Source: a virus
DNA length: 64,000 nt
Virus record (IMG/VR): IMGVR_UViG_3300022908_000002
Coordinates: 1-64,000 of that record
Reading direction: 5' to 3' (one strand)
The notes under the pieces were generated by a model. The model worked only from the letters and a program-made list of their open reading frames with translations. It was not told the origin of the DNA and searched no databases. A program made the position numbers and the translations under genes. Positions within the stretch are counted from its first letter, which is position 1. The number at the start of each line of letters is the position of its first letter. Shown piece by piece: positions 23,789-32,542 of this stretch.

Positions 23789-24173
23789 TGCACGACTTCC
23801 AACGTACGCCTACTTCTGGGTGTGCAACAAACACGGTAGCTATCGTCGTTGCCAGTCCAATGAAGAGGTCAAGAACTTCAAGGACGGCTCTCCCCGGAAG
23901 AAGAGCACGATCTACAAGGGCGGTCGAAAGTTCTTTGTTTCGACCGTCTTCCTCGGAATCGATCACAACTTTGAGACAACCGATGGATCAGACCCGATCC
24001 TGTTCGAGACGATGGTCTTCGACAACACGGATGCGAAGACAATGTACCGCGACTTGTATCAGGATCGGTATCGAACGTGGGAACAGGCAAAGATCGGGCA
24101 TCGCAAAGCGGTGGAGTACGTGAACAAGAACTGGCCGCGACTGATTCCTGTTGCCAGCCATGACGAGGAATGA
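23763..24173 (+). CDS. hypothetical protein
   Basis: 136 aa. Contains the STVFLGIDHNF...PILFETMVF segment. Start is uncertain (23763 or 23772). Confidence 0.6.
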   Translation: MIWMDKSSDARLPTYAYFWVCNKHGSYRRCQSNEEVKNFKDGSPRKKSTIYKGGRKFFVSTVFLGIDHNFETTDGSDPILFETMVFDNTDAKTMYRDLYQDRYRTWEQAKIGHRKAVEYVNKNWPRLIPVASHDEE

Positions 24174-24411
24174 GTGGATCGTCGCTCTGGTCTACATCGT
24201 TTCATTTGCGGTCATGTTCGTCTCGGTGATCTGGGCGCATCGCGGCTGGAATCGAGCGAACAGAGGCTGGGAGAAAGCAAATGCAGCCTTGAATCGAGCC
24301 AATGACGGATGGAGACGAGCCAATGAAGTCAATAAAGCGCTGGTCATCCACATGCACGAGTTGCAGGCTGAAAACACGCATCTGCGACAGTATCGAGATA
24401 GGTATAGGTAA
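24151..24411 (+). CDS. hypothetical single-pass membrane protein
   Basis: 86 aa. Transmembrane segment WIVALVYIVSFAVMFVSVIW followed by repeated RAN(R/D)GW motifs. Confidence 0.55.
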   Translation: MPAMTRNEWIVALVYIVSFAVMFVSVIWAHRGWNRANRGWEKANAALNRANDGWRRANEVNKALVIHMHELQAENTHLRQYRDRYR

Positions 24412-24824
24412 TGTCATATTGTCGCTGGTCAACTGATGACTTCCGCTGCGATCTGTACGTGTACGAAGCGTCAGATGGCATCTATGTACATATCGCTGGG
24501 AGTAAACACAATCTCCCGACCGATGCGTTTCCCGAGAAAGTCGATTTCTGGTCTGTTGATGACTACTTTGATATGCCAGAGGAAGAGAGAGCGGCTCTTG
24601 TCGAGCGATACGTCGCTCGAACGAATAAGGTCATGGAAATTATCCATGATGCGCCACGTGTTCCTATCGGCGGTCCATATGACGGGCATACGCTCAGCTT
24701 TAGTGATCACGAAGAGGCGGCATGGTGGATCGAGAACAAACTGGGTCCACTCGGAATCTACAACTACCCGGACGATTTAGTGGCCGCGTTGAGAGCGGAT
24801 ATGGAGACAGACGATGCCAATTGA
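24411..24824 (+). CDS. hypothetical protein
   Basis: 137 aa. TAATG overlap. Confidence 0.65.
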   Translation: MSYCRWSTDDFRCDLYVYEASDGIYVHIAGSKHNLPTDAFPEKVDFWSVDDYFDMPEEERAALVERYVARTNKVMEIIHDAPRVPIGGPYDGHTLSFSDHEEAAWWIENKLGPLGIYNYPDDLVAALRADMETDDAN

Positions 24825-25296
24825 CAAGGATGACGTGATTATCAACGCGATCCTGAAACGCCGTGACGGACTGATGGATGCGTACATGCTGATGGCGATG
24901 ATCGTCGCAATCTATGGAACCAAGGTCGGTCCAATCGATCCGGATGATGAGCCCCATTTTGACAAGGTCATTGCGGAGTATGAAATCGGCATGCGTGCGA
25001 TTGGCGGGATGGTGGCCAACGCCACGGATCAGAAGGGGGATAATGCGATTCAGACGGTCATCCTCAAACAGCGCATGGAGAACATGATGCGCGAGTTCGG
25101 GCTCCCGAACTCAGTGATCGAACGTGCCAAGAGTGGATTCATGGGTCAGTTGATCGATAGTGCGATCAGCAACCTGCTGACACTGGATAACCGGGGAGAT
25201 GCGTCAATCATGACCGATGATGAACTGAGCAACATGGTCGATGAAGAAGAGGAGGTGATAAAGATGAGCAATTTCTTCTCTCATCTGCATGGATGA
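24814..25296 (+). CDS. hypothetical protein
   Basis: 160 aa. Confidence 0.65.
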   Translation: MPIDKDDVIINAILKRRDGLMDAYMLMAMIVAIYGTKVGPIDPDDEPHFDKVIAEYEIGMRAIGGMVANATDQKGDNAIQTVILKQRMENMMREFGLPNSVIERAKSGFMGQLIDSAISNLLTLDNRGDASIMTDDELSNMVDEEEEVIKMSNFFSHLHG

Positions 25297-25583
25297 TGAT
25301 CCGGTACAAGGCACTGGCCGAAGGAACGAGCGTCATGGTCCGCTCGCTGGACAATCTGATCACCAGTTGGAAGAAACATCCGCGAGACAAGGAGGCGATA
25401 AAAGAAGCGGAGCAACTACGCGACTACCTGACTAGAAAGGCGCATGATTATGACGCCCGATATACACAGTGGCTGGACGAACAACTCGCACTTGAAAAGA
25501 TGCTTAGAGCCGAAGCGACGTCTCCCCGAGCCGTCAAGCGTGTTGGAGAGAATCCCGATCCGTCCTCCGATGAAGCGGGATAG
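25293..25583 (+). CDS. hypothetical protein
   Basis: 96 aa. ATGA overlap. Confidence 0.6.
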   Translation: MMIRYKALAEGTSVMVRSLDNLITSWKKHPRDKEAIKEAEQLRDYLTRKAHDYDARYTQWLDEQLALEKMLRAEATSPRAVKRVGENPDPSSDEAG

Positions 25584-25758
25584 TGGAGACAAGGAAGCGT
25601 GCTGGGTCAATCGTCATCATGACTGGGCACGTCGCTGCGTCAAGGAACGGTTACTAGTCAACGGCATGATGGAGCGGAGATGGCTTATTTTCTGCTCCAC
25701 ATGCGGAGTGGAGTATTACCTGCAACAGATGGAAGTGGTTCACCCTGATTTAGCGTGA
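25570..25758 (+). CDS. hypothetical small Cys-containing protein
   Basis: 62 aa from ATG 25570. The longest ORF (from 25444) would overlap the upstream gene by 140 nt. Confidence 0.45.
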   Translation: MKRDSGDKEACWVNRHHDWARRCVKERLLVNGMMERRWLIFCSTCGVEYYLQQMEVVHPDLA

Positions 25759-25760
25759 TT

Positions 25761-25839
25761 AGTGAGCGTGTCGTGGTAATGTTTCGGGGATAGTTGGTGC
25801 CACGACTTGGGCCGATAACGGACCCGCGACACGCTCACT
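25761..25839 (+). other. nested, mutually exclusive stem-loops in an intergenic region
   Basis: 13-bp perfect arms agtgagcgtgtcg (25761-25773) and cgacacgctcact (25827-25839). The inner hairpin gtcgtgg (25770-25776) / ccacgac (25800-25806) shares bases with the outer left arm. Confidence 0.55.
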
Positions 25840-25855
25840 GAGCAGGAGTAAATCA

Positions 25856-26275
25856 TTGCCTGAGCCGATCCCTTTGATACGACCCATCCATGAGGTCGAG
25901 CGCCAAGATGTCTTCCCCGGTTCAATGGTTATTGTGCGCGGAGTTCTCGATGGGAAGACTATCGCCGGACTCGTCAAGTTTGTGCATCCCATGGATTTGC
26001 TGGTTGAGGATTCAGACGGTGTTTTGAAACCGTGGAACGGAAAGATGCCGATCATCGATGTGGTGATGGTGCAGGCGCTTGCGCTTCCTGCCATGGAGTA
26101 CGACGTAAAGCTCGGCGCAGCGTTCATGTTCTCGCGCACCGAGGGTGAAGTCATCATCGGTACCAGAATCCCCTTCTATAAAGATATTGAGGACCAACTG
26201 CGCTTCTCGCGTCTCCCCGGTCCATTACGCAACACGCTTCCCCGATATGTGCTGGCCAGTGAAATACGGGGGTGA
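25856..26275 (+). CDS. hypothetical protein
   Basis: 139 aa. TTG start 7 nt after AGGAG. Confidence 0.6.
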   Translation: MPEPIPLIRPIHEVERQDVFPGSMVIVRGVLDGKTIAGLVKFVHPMDLLVEDSDGVLKPWNGKMPIIDVVMVQALALPAMEYDVKLGAAFMFSRTEGEVIIGTRIPFYKDIEDQLRFSRLPGPLRNTLPRYVLASEIRG

Positions 26276-26293
26276 ACCTGCTACGCTCCCGTC

Positions 26294-26506
26294 ATGATGT
26301 GCGCGAATTGCAAAAACATGATGAGCGACGAAGGTGCGACGATGATCGGCACCAGTTTGTTCTGTCTTGGATGCGCCATGATTGTCGAAGGTCAGCCTCG
26401 CAGATGGGTCTATATCGTGTACCCCTTTGTTGTTGATATGAGTCACAACTCCGCCTTGGAGCGGATGCAGGCACTTAGTTCCCTGAAGGGAGAGAGCAGT
26501 GAGTAA
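26294..26506 (+). CDS. hypothetical zinc-ribbon protein
   Basis: 70 aa. CANC...18 residues...CLGC. Confidence 0.55.
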   Translation: MMCANCKNMMSDEGATMIGTSLFCLGCAMIVEGQPRRWVYIVYPFVVDMSHNSALERMQALSSLKGESSE

Positions 26507-27080
26507 CGACCACATCAAGGACTTCAAGTTCGACCCGAGAAACCCCAGACGCCATCTTCCGAGAAACATCGGAATGATTGAGCGGTCGATGAACGAGGTT
26601 GGTGTCGGACGCTCTGTCGTTTCGACCAAAGATGGAACGATCATCGCCGGGAACGGTGTGCTCGAAGCGGCTGCCCAAGCTGGTATCGAAGAGGTGATCA
26701 CCGTCCACTCGAACGGTACCCAGCTAGTCGTCCATGTGCGGGATGACATATCGGACGGTGATCGGAACGCAACATTGCTCGGGTTGTTTGATAACCGGAC
26801 TGCCGAGTTATCGGAGTGGGATTCCGAGATTCTGGACGAGATACGGGAAGAGTTCATCACCGACGAGTCATTCAACTTTGTTTTCAATGACCGGGAAATG
26901 ATTGAGTTGATGGGCGAGTCGCGTGATCGGCAGGATGCGCGTAATCAGGCAGATGCGATGCCCCAACTGGGAGAAATTGAGTATCGGGTAGTGGTGGACT
27001 GTGAGGATGAAGACGATCAGGCGCAGTTGATGGAACAACTGAACGATATGGGTCGTAGCTTCCGCGCACTGTTGAGTTAG
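26499..27080 (+). CDS. ParB N-terminal-domain (ParB-like nuclease/NTPase) protein
   Basis: 193 aa. FKFDPRNPRRHLPRNIGMIERSMNEVGVGRSVVSTKDGTIIAGNGVLEAA resembles the ParBc core. Confidence 0.7.
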   Translation: MSNDHIKDFKFDPRNPRRHLPRNIGMIERSMNEVGVGRSVVSTKDGTIIAGNGVLEAAAQAGIEEVITVHSNGTQLVVHVRDDISDGDRNATLLGLFDNRTAELSEWDSEILDEIREEFITDESFNFVFNDREMIELMGESRDRQDARNQADAMPQLGEIEYRVVVDCEDEDDQAQLMEQLNDMGRSFRALLS

Positions 27081-27281
27081 ATGCACCCCGAGCAGAAGAG
27101 CACGCAATGGGGAATGTATTGGACGCAGTGTCTGAACTGCGGTTGCCACATTCTCGTTCTTGATCTGACGCACATGGTCAAAGTTGGACAGTCGATTGAA
27201 GTGAACAAGAACGGCACTCCGAAGCCCCGCTTCTGTAAAGAGTGTCACGCCCATCAGAGATTGAGGCGCAATGTTAGTTGA
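27081..27281 (+). CDS. hypothetical zinc-ribbon protein
   Basis: 66 aa. CLNCGC...CKEC. Confidence 0.5.
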   Translation: MHPEQKSTQWGMYWTQCLNCGCHILVLDLTHMVKVGQSIEVNKNGTPKPRFCKECHAHQRLRRNVS

Positions 27282-28482
27282 CATCACCCGATCCGTTGAC
27301 GTTTCGATGTCGCCCCGTGTCCGGCAGTTGGCTGGCACGTTCGACGTACCAATCTCTGAACGGAGCGAAGTTCACTGGGAAGGTGACGTCACGTTGCCTG
27401 ACGAGTGGAGTGTGGGGCTGATTGTCGGTCCATCCGGATCAGGCAAGACAACGATTGCGCGCGAGTTGTTTGGACCGCCCCAAGAGCACACATGGACGGC
27501 GGGAAGCGTCATCGACGACTTCGACCGCAGCTTGACAATAAATGACATATCGTCCGTCTGTAGCGCTGTCGGATTCAATACGATTCCAGCGTGGATGCGC
27601 CCCTATGACGTCCTGAGCAACGGAGAACGCTTCCGTGTCGCGTTAGCGCGTGCGATGCTGGAACATTGGAAATCGTCAGCAGAGAGCTTCCCTGCGACAC
27701 CCCTTTATGTCGATGAGTTCACCTCCGTCGTGGATCGTCAAGTGGCGCGAATCGGATCACATGCCGTCCAGAAATGGGTCCGTGGACACGACGGGATGCA
27801 GTTCATCGCGTGCAGTTGCCACTACGACATTATTGACTGGTTACAGCCTGACTGGGTGCTTGAAATGCCCACGCTCACGCTGGAACGGAGGGGACTTCAA
27901 CAACGGCCTCCCATCAAGATCAGCATCGCTCGCGCTACCTATGCAGCGTGGCACCTTTTCGCTCCATTTCACTATTTGACCAAGGAACTGAACAAAAGCG
28001 CCAAATGCTTCGTGTTGTATGTTCATGATGATGAAGATGTACCGCATCCAGCGGCGTTTTGTGCATCACTGCATCGACCGCACGCGACGGCAACGAATAT
28101 CGAGGGAATGTCCCGGATCGTTACGCTCCCGGACTGGCAGGGACTCGGTCTGGCGCACATCATCAGTGACACGGTGGCGTCCGCGTTCGTTGCATCGGGC
28201 AAGCGATTCCATACGTACCCGGCGCATCCAGCGTTCGTGAGAGGGCATGACAAGTCACCTCACTGGGCGATGATGAAACGACCGGGCGTTTATAGCCCAG
28301 CCAAGGGTAAGAGTACGAGTGTTTCTGGCAAGTTTGGAGGACGACCGTGTGCAGTGTTTCGTTACGTCGGCCCGGTGATGGATCGGGAGACGGCGATCTG
28401 CTTTCTCGATGGAAACCCAGTTTCGGGCTGCCATCCATCACCATCCAGCAACCATGGGCTTACTGTATTGTCAAGGGTCTGA
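27271..28482 (+). CDS. ABC-type ATPase fused to a GNAT-like acetyltransferase domain
   Basis: 403 aa. Walker A GPSGSGKTT, ABC signature LSNGERFRV, Walker B LYVDEFTS. The C-terminal MSRIVTLPDWQGLGLAHII fits GNAT motif A (Q/R-x-x-G-x-G/A). Confidence 0.7.
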   Translation: MLVDITRSVDVSMSPRVRQLAGTFDVPISERSEVHWEGDVTLPDEWSVGLIVGPSGSGKTTIARELFGPPQEHTWTAGSVIDDFDRSLTINDISSVCSAVGFNTIPAWMRPYDVLSNGERFRVALARAMLEHWKSSAESFPATPLYVDEFTSVVDRQVARIGSHAVQKWVRGHDGMQFIACSCHYDIIDWLQPDWVLEMPTLTLERRGLQQRPPIKISIARATYAAWHLFAPFHYLTKELNKSAKCFVLYVHDDEDVPHPAAFCASLHRPHATATNIEGMSRIVTLPDWQGLGLAHIISDTVASAFVASGKRFHTYPAHPAFVRGHDKSPHWAMMKRPGVYSPAKGKSTSVSGKFGGRPCAVFRYVGPVMDRETAICFLDGNPVSGCHPSPSSNHGLTVLSRV

Positions 28483-28874
28483 AAAAATACGAGACGCGGT
28501 CATGGAAGACGGATCATCGCGGTCTGCTGGCAATCCATGTCGGCAGCAATGCGCGAGCCGAGTATTACCCCACGGCAATGCGTCTTGGTCTGGATACGAC
28601 GGACAAGGCGGGTCCGTTCTGGAATGATCGCGGTAAGATAGTTGCTATCGCTGAACTGGCGGAGATTACCCAGATCACGACCCCAGAAGAACTCACCTAC
28701 TGGCTGAGCACCGATGAAGCCAATTACGGGTTCTACAAGATGAACGCTTTCGTCTGGCGTCTGGATAACGTGGTCATCCTTCCTAAGCCTGTATCCACAC
28801 GTGGGAATATGGGTATCTGGAATGTTGACCGTTCAACGCGAGACACCATAGGGAGTCTGCTTGGTGTCAGTTGA
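28347..28874 (+). CDS. ASCH (PUA-like) domain protein; start unresolved, possibly a -1 frameshift extension of the upstream gene
   Basis: ITIQQPWAYCIVKGLKKYETRSWKTDHRGLLAIHVG is an ASCH-type sequence. The only canonical start is GTG 28347, which lies 136 nt inside the upstream gene. Confidence 0.6.
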   Translation: MCSVSLRRPGDGSGDGDLLSRWKPSFGLPSITIQQPWAYCIVKGLKKYETRSWKTDHRGLLAIHVGSNARAEYYPTAMRLGLDTTDKAGPFWNDRGKIVAIAELAEITQITTPEELTYWLSTDEANYGFYKMNAFVWRLDNVVILPKPVSTRGNMGIWNVDRSTRDTIGSLLGVS

Positions 28875-29589
28875 TGTAGCCGAAGTCAGTTTGCGTCGTC
28901 AGCTTTCTGCCGAAAAAGGCAAGAAGACGCGGGCGAACGCGCACTATTTGGAAATGAAAACCAGCGAACTGCTTGTGCGTGGGTACACCATTGCCGAGAT
29001 ATGCAGCGAACTGGACGTCACCAAGACCACCGGGTACAAGATGATCAAGCGCGTCACCGACGAGTGGCGGCGCTCCGCGATGTCTTCGATCAACGAAGTC
29101 AAGGCGAAAGAACTGGCCAAGCTGGATCACATCGAATCTGCCGCGTGGGAAGGCTGGGAGCGCTCCAAGCAATCACGGCGCAAACAGACAATTGATAGCG
29201 ACATTTTGAAATTGAAAGACAATCCCGCGTTACGGACTCCCCGTAAATCGAAGTCCGTGGAAGAGGACCGGGATGGTGATCCCCGTTATTTGGACATGAT
29301 CCTGAAATGTGTTGATCGCCGCATTCGTATTCTGGGCATCGACGATATGTCCGGTGAAATCAGAGGCGATACCGATGACCGAAACGACCTATCTAAGCGG
29401 CTTGCCACCTACGACCAGTTCCTTGTTGGAGGAACCCATCAGCACCTTCACCTCGGAACAACTCTTATCTCGGAGAAGGCAGATTCTCTCCGCGACGGTG
29501 CTGACGAATCCGTGGATTCCGATGGACCCCCATCCCAAGCAAGCACAATTTTTGACGTTGTTGGACGAATACGGGAATCAACCCCGTGA
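28861..29589 (+). CDS. terminase small subunit (putative)
   Basis: 242 aa. HTH RGYTIAEICSELDVTKTTGYKMIKRV. Located directly upstream of terL. Confidence 0.5.
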   Translation: MVSVDVAEVSLRRQLSAEKGKKTRANAHYLEMKTSELLVRGYTIAEICSELDVTKTTGYKMIKRVTDEWRRSAMSSINEVKAKELAKLDHIESAAWEGWERSKQSRRKQTIDSDILKLKDNPALRTPRKSKSVEEDRDGDPRYLDMILKCVDRRIRILGIDDMSGEIRGDTDDRNDLSKRLATYDQFLVGGTHQHLHLGTTLISEKADSLRDGADESVDSDGPPSQASTIFDVVGRIRESTP

Positions 29590-30799
29590 AGCGTTTTTCG
29601 GTGGTGCTGCCGGTGGAGGCAAGTCGCAGACGTTGCTCATGGCAGCAGCGCAGTACGTCGAGGTTCCCGGTTACTCGGCTCTTATCCTCAGAAAGACACT
29701 CCCTGACCTCAACCAAGCCGGAGCGCTGATTCCCCGTTCTCATGAATGGTGGCTCGGAACAGACGCGGTCTGGCACGAGAACAAGAAGCGCTGGCTCTTT
29801 CCCTCCGGGGCAACTGTTCGCTTCGGGTATCTGGAGAAACGGGCTGATTTGGACAACTACATGGGGTCCGAATATCAGTTCGTCGGGTTCGATGAAGCTA
29901 CCCAGTTCACGCTCGATCTGTATCGGTTTCTCTTCTCGCGTCTTCGTAAGCCGACTGATCTGGATGTCCCGCTTCGCGTCCGGGCAGGAAGTAATCCGGG
30001 CGGTATTGGGGCAACGTGGGTCAAACAACGCTTCTTGGAACCTCCGCTTCCGGGAGAACCGAAGCGGTTTTTTGTGCCCTCTCGCCTGTCCGATAACCCC
30101 AGTATTGATTACGAGGAATACAAGACCTCACTGGACGAACTCGACCCTATCACAAGGGCGCAGTTGCTCGAAGGCGACTGGGAAGTGGGGAGCAGCGCAG
30201 GCAACTTCATGCGCGGCTGGTACGACATTATGGACGCGCATCCTACGGAGTGGGAGCGTCTTGTGCGGTACTGGGATACGGCATCCACAGCACCGCTACC
30301 CGGTCAGGAAAGCAAAGCTGACTGGACTGTCGGAACACTGATGGGGCGTATGAATGGCATCTACTGGATTCTGGATGTTAACCGCTTCCAAGGAAACGCT
30401 GCGACGGTGGAGAACACGATTTACCAACAGGCCGTCAATGACGGTCAGTGGGTCGAGATTTTCATGGAGCAGGAGCCGGGGGCGTCGGGCAAGATCATGA
30501 TTGAACACTACCAGTTCCGGGTCTTGCAGAACTACAACTTTTACGGCATCCGCTCGACGGGTCCAAAGCCTGCCCGAGCAGCCCGATTCTCTGCGCAATC
30601 AGCAGCCCGTAACGTGAAATTGTTGCGCGGAAACTGGATTCCCCGGTGGCTGGACGAGCACGAATCATTTCCTTTCGGTGAGCATGACGATCAGGTAGAC
30701 TCAGCAGCAGGTGCGTTCAATGTCCTGACGGGCGGTGGCGAGTTGCGACGCGCCGATCAGAGCGTCCTCCAAAGATTCAACTGGCGTGCATCGAGGTAA
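29375..30799 (+). CDS. terL: terminase large subunit
   Basis: 474 aa from ATG 29375, with AGAGG 8 nt upstream. Walker A GGAAGGGKSQ, Walker B VGFDEATQF, C-terminal nuclease-type HDDQVDSAA. An alternative start at M 29522 is possible. Confidence 0.85.
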   Translation: MTETTYLSGLPPTTSSLLEEPISTFTSEQLLSRRRQILSATVLTNPWIPMDPHPKQAQFLTLLDEYGNQPREAFFGGAAGGGKSQTLLMAAAQYVEVPGYSALILRKTLPDLNQAGALIPRSHEWWLGTDAVWHENKKRWLFPSGATVRFGYLEKRADLDNYMGSEYQFVGFDEATQFTLDLYRFLFSRLRKPTDLDVPLRVRAGSNPGGIGATWVKQRFLEPPLPGEPKRFFVPSRLSDNPSIDYEEYKTSLDELDPITRAQLLEGDWEVGSSAGNFMRGWYDIMDAHPTEWERLVRYWDTASTAPLPGQESKADWTVGTLMGRMNGIYWILDVNRFQGNAATVENTIYQQAVNDGQWVEIFMEQEPGASGKIMIEHYQFRVLQNYNFYGIRSTGPKPARAARFSAQSAARNVKLLRGNWIPRWLDEHESFPFGEHDDQVDSAAGAFNVLTGGGELRRADQSVLQRFNWRASR

Positions 30800-30805
30800 C
30801 AACGC

Positions 30806-32542
30806 ATGACTGCATACGGGACGGCGAACCACGATCACGGTTCTACATCGTTCTTCAGATCGTGGGGCCGACCCGACGATAGCAACCAGACACGCGATGT
30901 CGATAAACGCGCCAAGCGGTACGAACTTCTCTGGGACTTGTACGACGGCACCGCATTCAGCGAGATGTCGGACTGGACCGAGTACAAATCACATTACGGT
31001 CTGTATCGTCAGATCAGGATGATCTGGGATCACGTTCATGAACTGGTCGAGTTCTACTCCACGCATATCTGGTCCGGAACGCTTTCCTATGACGGGCACA
31101 AACTCCCGGACGGGGTGCAGAACGCGGTTCCATTAGCGGAAGATGTTGATCCCAAACTTGCGATAGCGATTGGTCAACTCTGGAAGTGGTGGAACTTTCA
31201 GGAAGTGATGACCATCATTCCCCGCTATGTTGCTGCGCTCGGGGAAATGCTCGTCGAACTACGTGATGATCCGGACAGCGGCAAGGTCATGCTCGAACTG
31301 ATCTGGCCCGGATACATCAAAGACCTGCGGTTGGATGAGGCGGGCAATGTCAAATGGTATTGCCTCGAATACAGCTACTACGACCGTGATGATAAGAAAG
31401 GACACACGTATCGGCGCGAAGTCGATACGGAGTCGTTCCGGACCTATCGTGACGGTCAGCCCTATGACTTCACCAAGTTTCCAATCCCACAAGGTACTGA
31501 CCCTGATCGAATCTCAACGGGCCTCGGCAGTGTCGGGTTTTACGATGAGGACGAACACGGCGGGTACGTCATCGAGAATACCTATGGATTTGTTCCTGCG
31601 GTCTGGTTTCGACACAATACGGTACTTGGAGTTAGGGGTGAGCCTGCCATCTGGAGCACGTTCGCCCAACTGGATGAAATCAACTCCCTCTTTTCTCACA
31701 TCATTGACAAGGCCCACATCTCGCTCGAAGCGCCCATCCTTATTTCCGGAAATATCAATGCTTCCCGATTACGCGATGCGCTTACGACTATGTACGGAAC
31801 CGTCAAGCGCGGCTTTACAGAGAGTTTTGCTGATCCCCGAGGCGGCTCCGAGGAACTTAACATCCTTGAAGGCCCAGCCGGAACCCGAATCGAGACACTG
31901 GAAATCAGCCTCTCCGATGCGAGCACCGCTCTTGAACTGATCATCACCTCTATTGAAAAGAAGTGTCCGGAACTGACCTTTTACTCGCAACTGCGAGCCA
32001 TGTCCCAAGTGACAGGTCCGGGTGCTGCTCAATTACTGGGCGACGTCGAACGCAAGGTGCGGGTAATTGCAGCCGGATATGACAACCGGCTAACTGCGCT
32101 TTTGCAGATGGGAATTGCTATCGCGGGGGATAGGCTTGCGGAAGGAGCGGACGGGTGGTCCGCTCCAACCGAGGCACAAAACGCTTTTGCCGGGTTCAAC
32201 ATCGAATCCTACGCCAAGGGTGATTTGAGTTTCGATATTATGCCGCGCTCGCTTGTCCCGATGTCGATCATGGAACGCTTCAACCTGCTTCAGATCAAGA
32301 AGCAGGTGCTGCCATTCCTGCCCGATGAGGTACTCGCCAAAGAAGGCGGCTACGACGAAGAGGAAGCCAAGAAGTGGTCGGCTGAGTACGAGAAGAAACA
32401 GGAAGAGAAGTTCCAGAGCCAGATGGAAGCGGCTCAGACGAATATCCGCCAGATCAAACCCAACGGGGCTCCTCCGGGTGGACCGCAGCGTGGACAACCC
32501 GGTCAACAACGGAAGCAGATTCCGGGGCAGGTAGCTAAGTGA
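30806..32542 (+). CDS. portal protein
   Basis: 578 aa, directly after terL. Size and position are typical. Charged, Pro/Gln-rich C-terminus. Confidence 0.7.
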   Translation: MTAYGTANHDHGSTSFFRSWGRPDDSNQTRDVDKRAKRYELLWDLYDGTAFSEMSDWTEYKSHYGLYRQIRMIWDHVHELVEFYSTHIWSGTLSYDGHKLPDGVQNAVPLAEDVDPKLAIAIGQLWKWWNFQEVMTIIPRYVAALGEMLVELRDDPDSGKVMLELIWPGYIKDLRLDEAGNVKWYCLEYSYYDRDDKKGHTYRREVDTESFRTYRDGQPYDFTKFPIPQGTDPDRISTGLGSVGFYDEDEHGGYVIENTYGFVPAVWFRHNTVLGVRGEPAIWSTFAQLDEINSLFSHIIDKAHISLEAPILISGNINASRLRDALTTMYGTVKRGFTESFADPRGGSEELNILEGPAGTRIETLEISLSDASTALELIITSIEKKCPELTFYSQLRAMSQVTGPGAAQLLGDVERKVRVIAAGYDNRLTALLQMGIAIAGDRLAEGADGWSAPTEAQNAFAGFNIESYAKGDLSFDIMPRSLVPMSIMERFNLLQIKKQVLPFLPDEVLAKEGGYDEEEAKKWSAEYEKKQEEKFQSQMEAAQTNIRQIKPNGAPPGGPQRGQPGQQRKQIPGQVAK

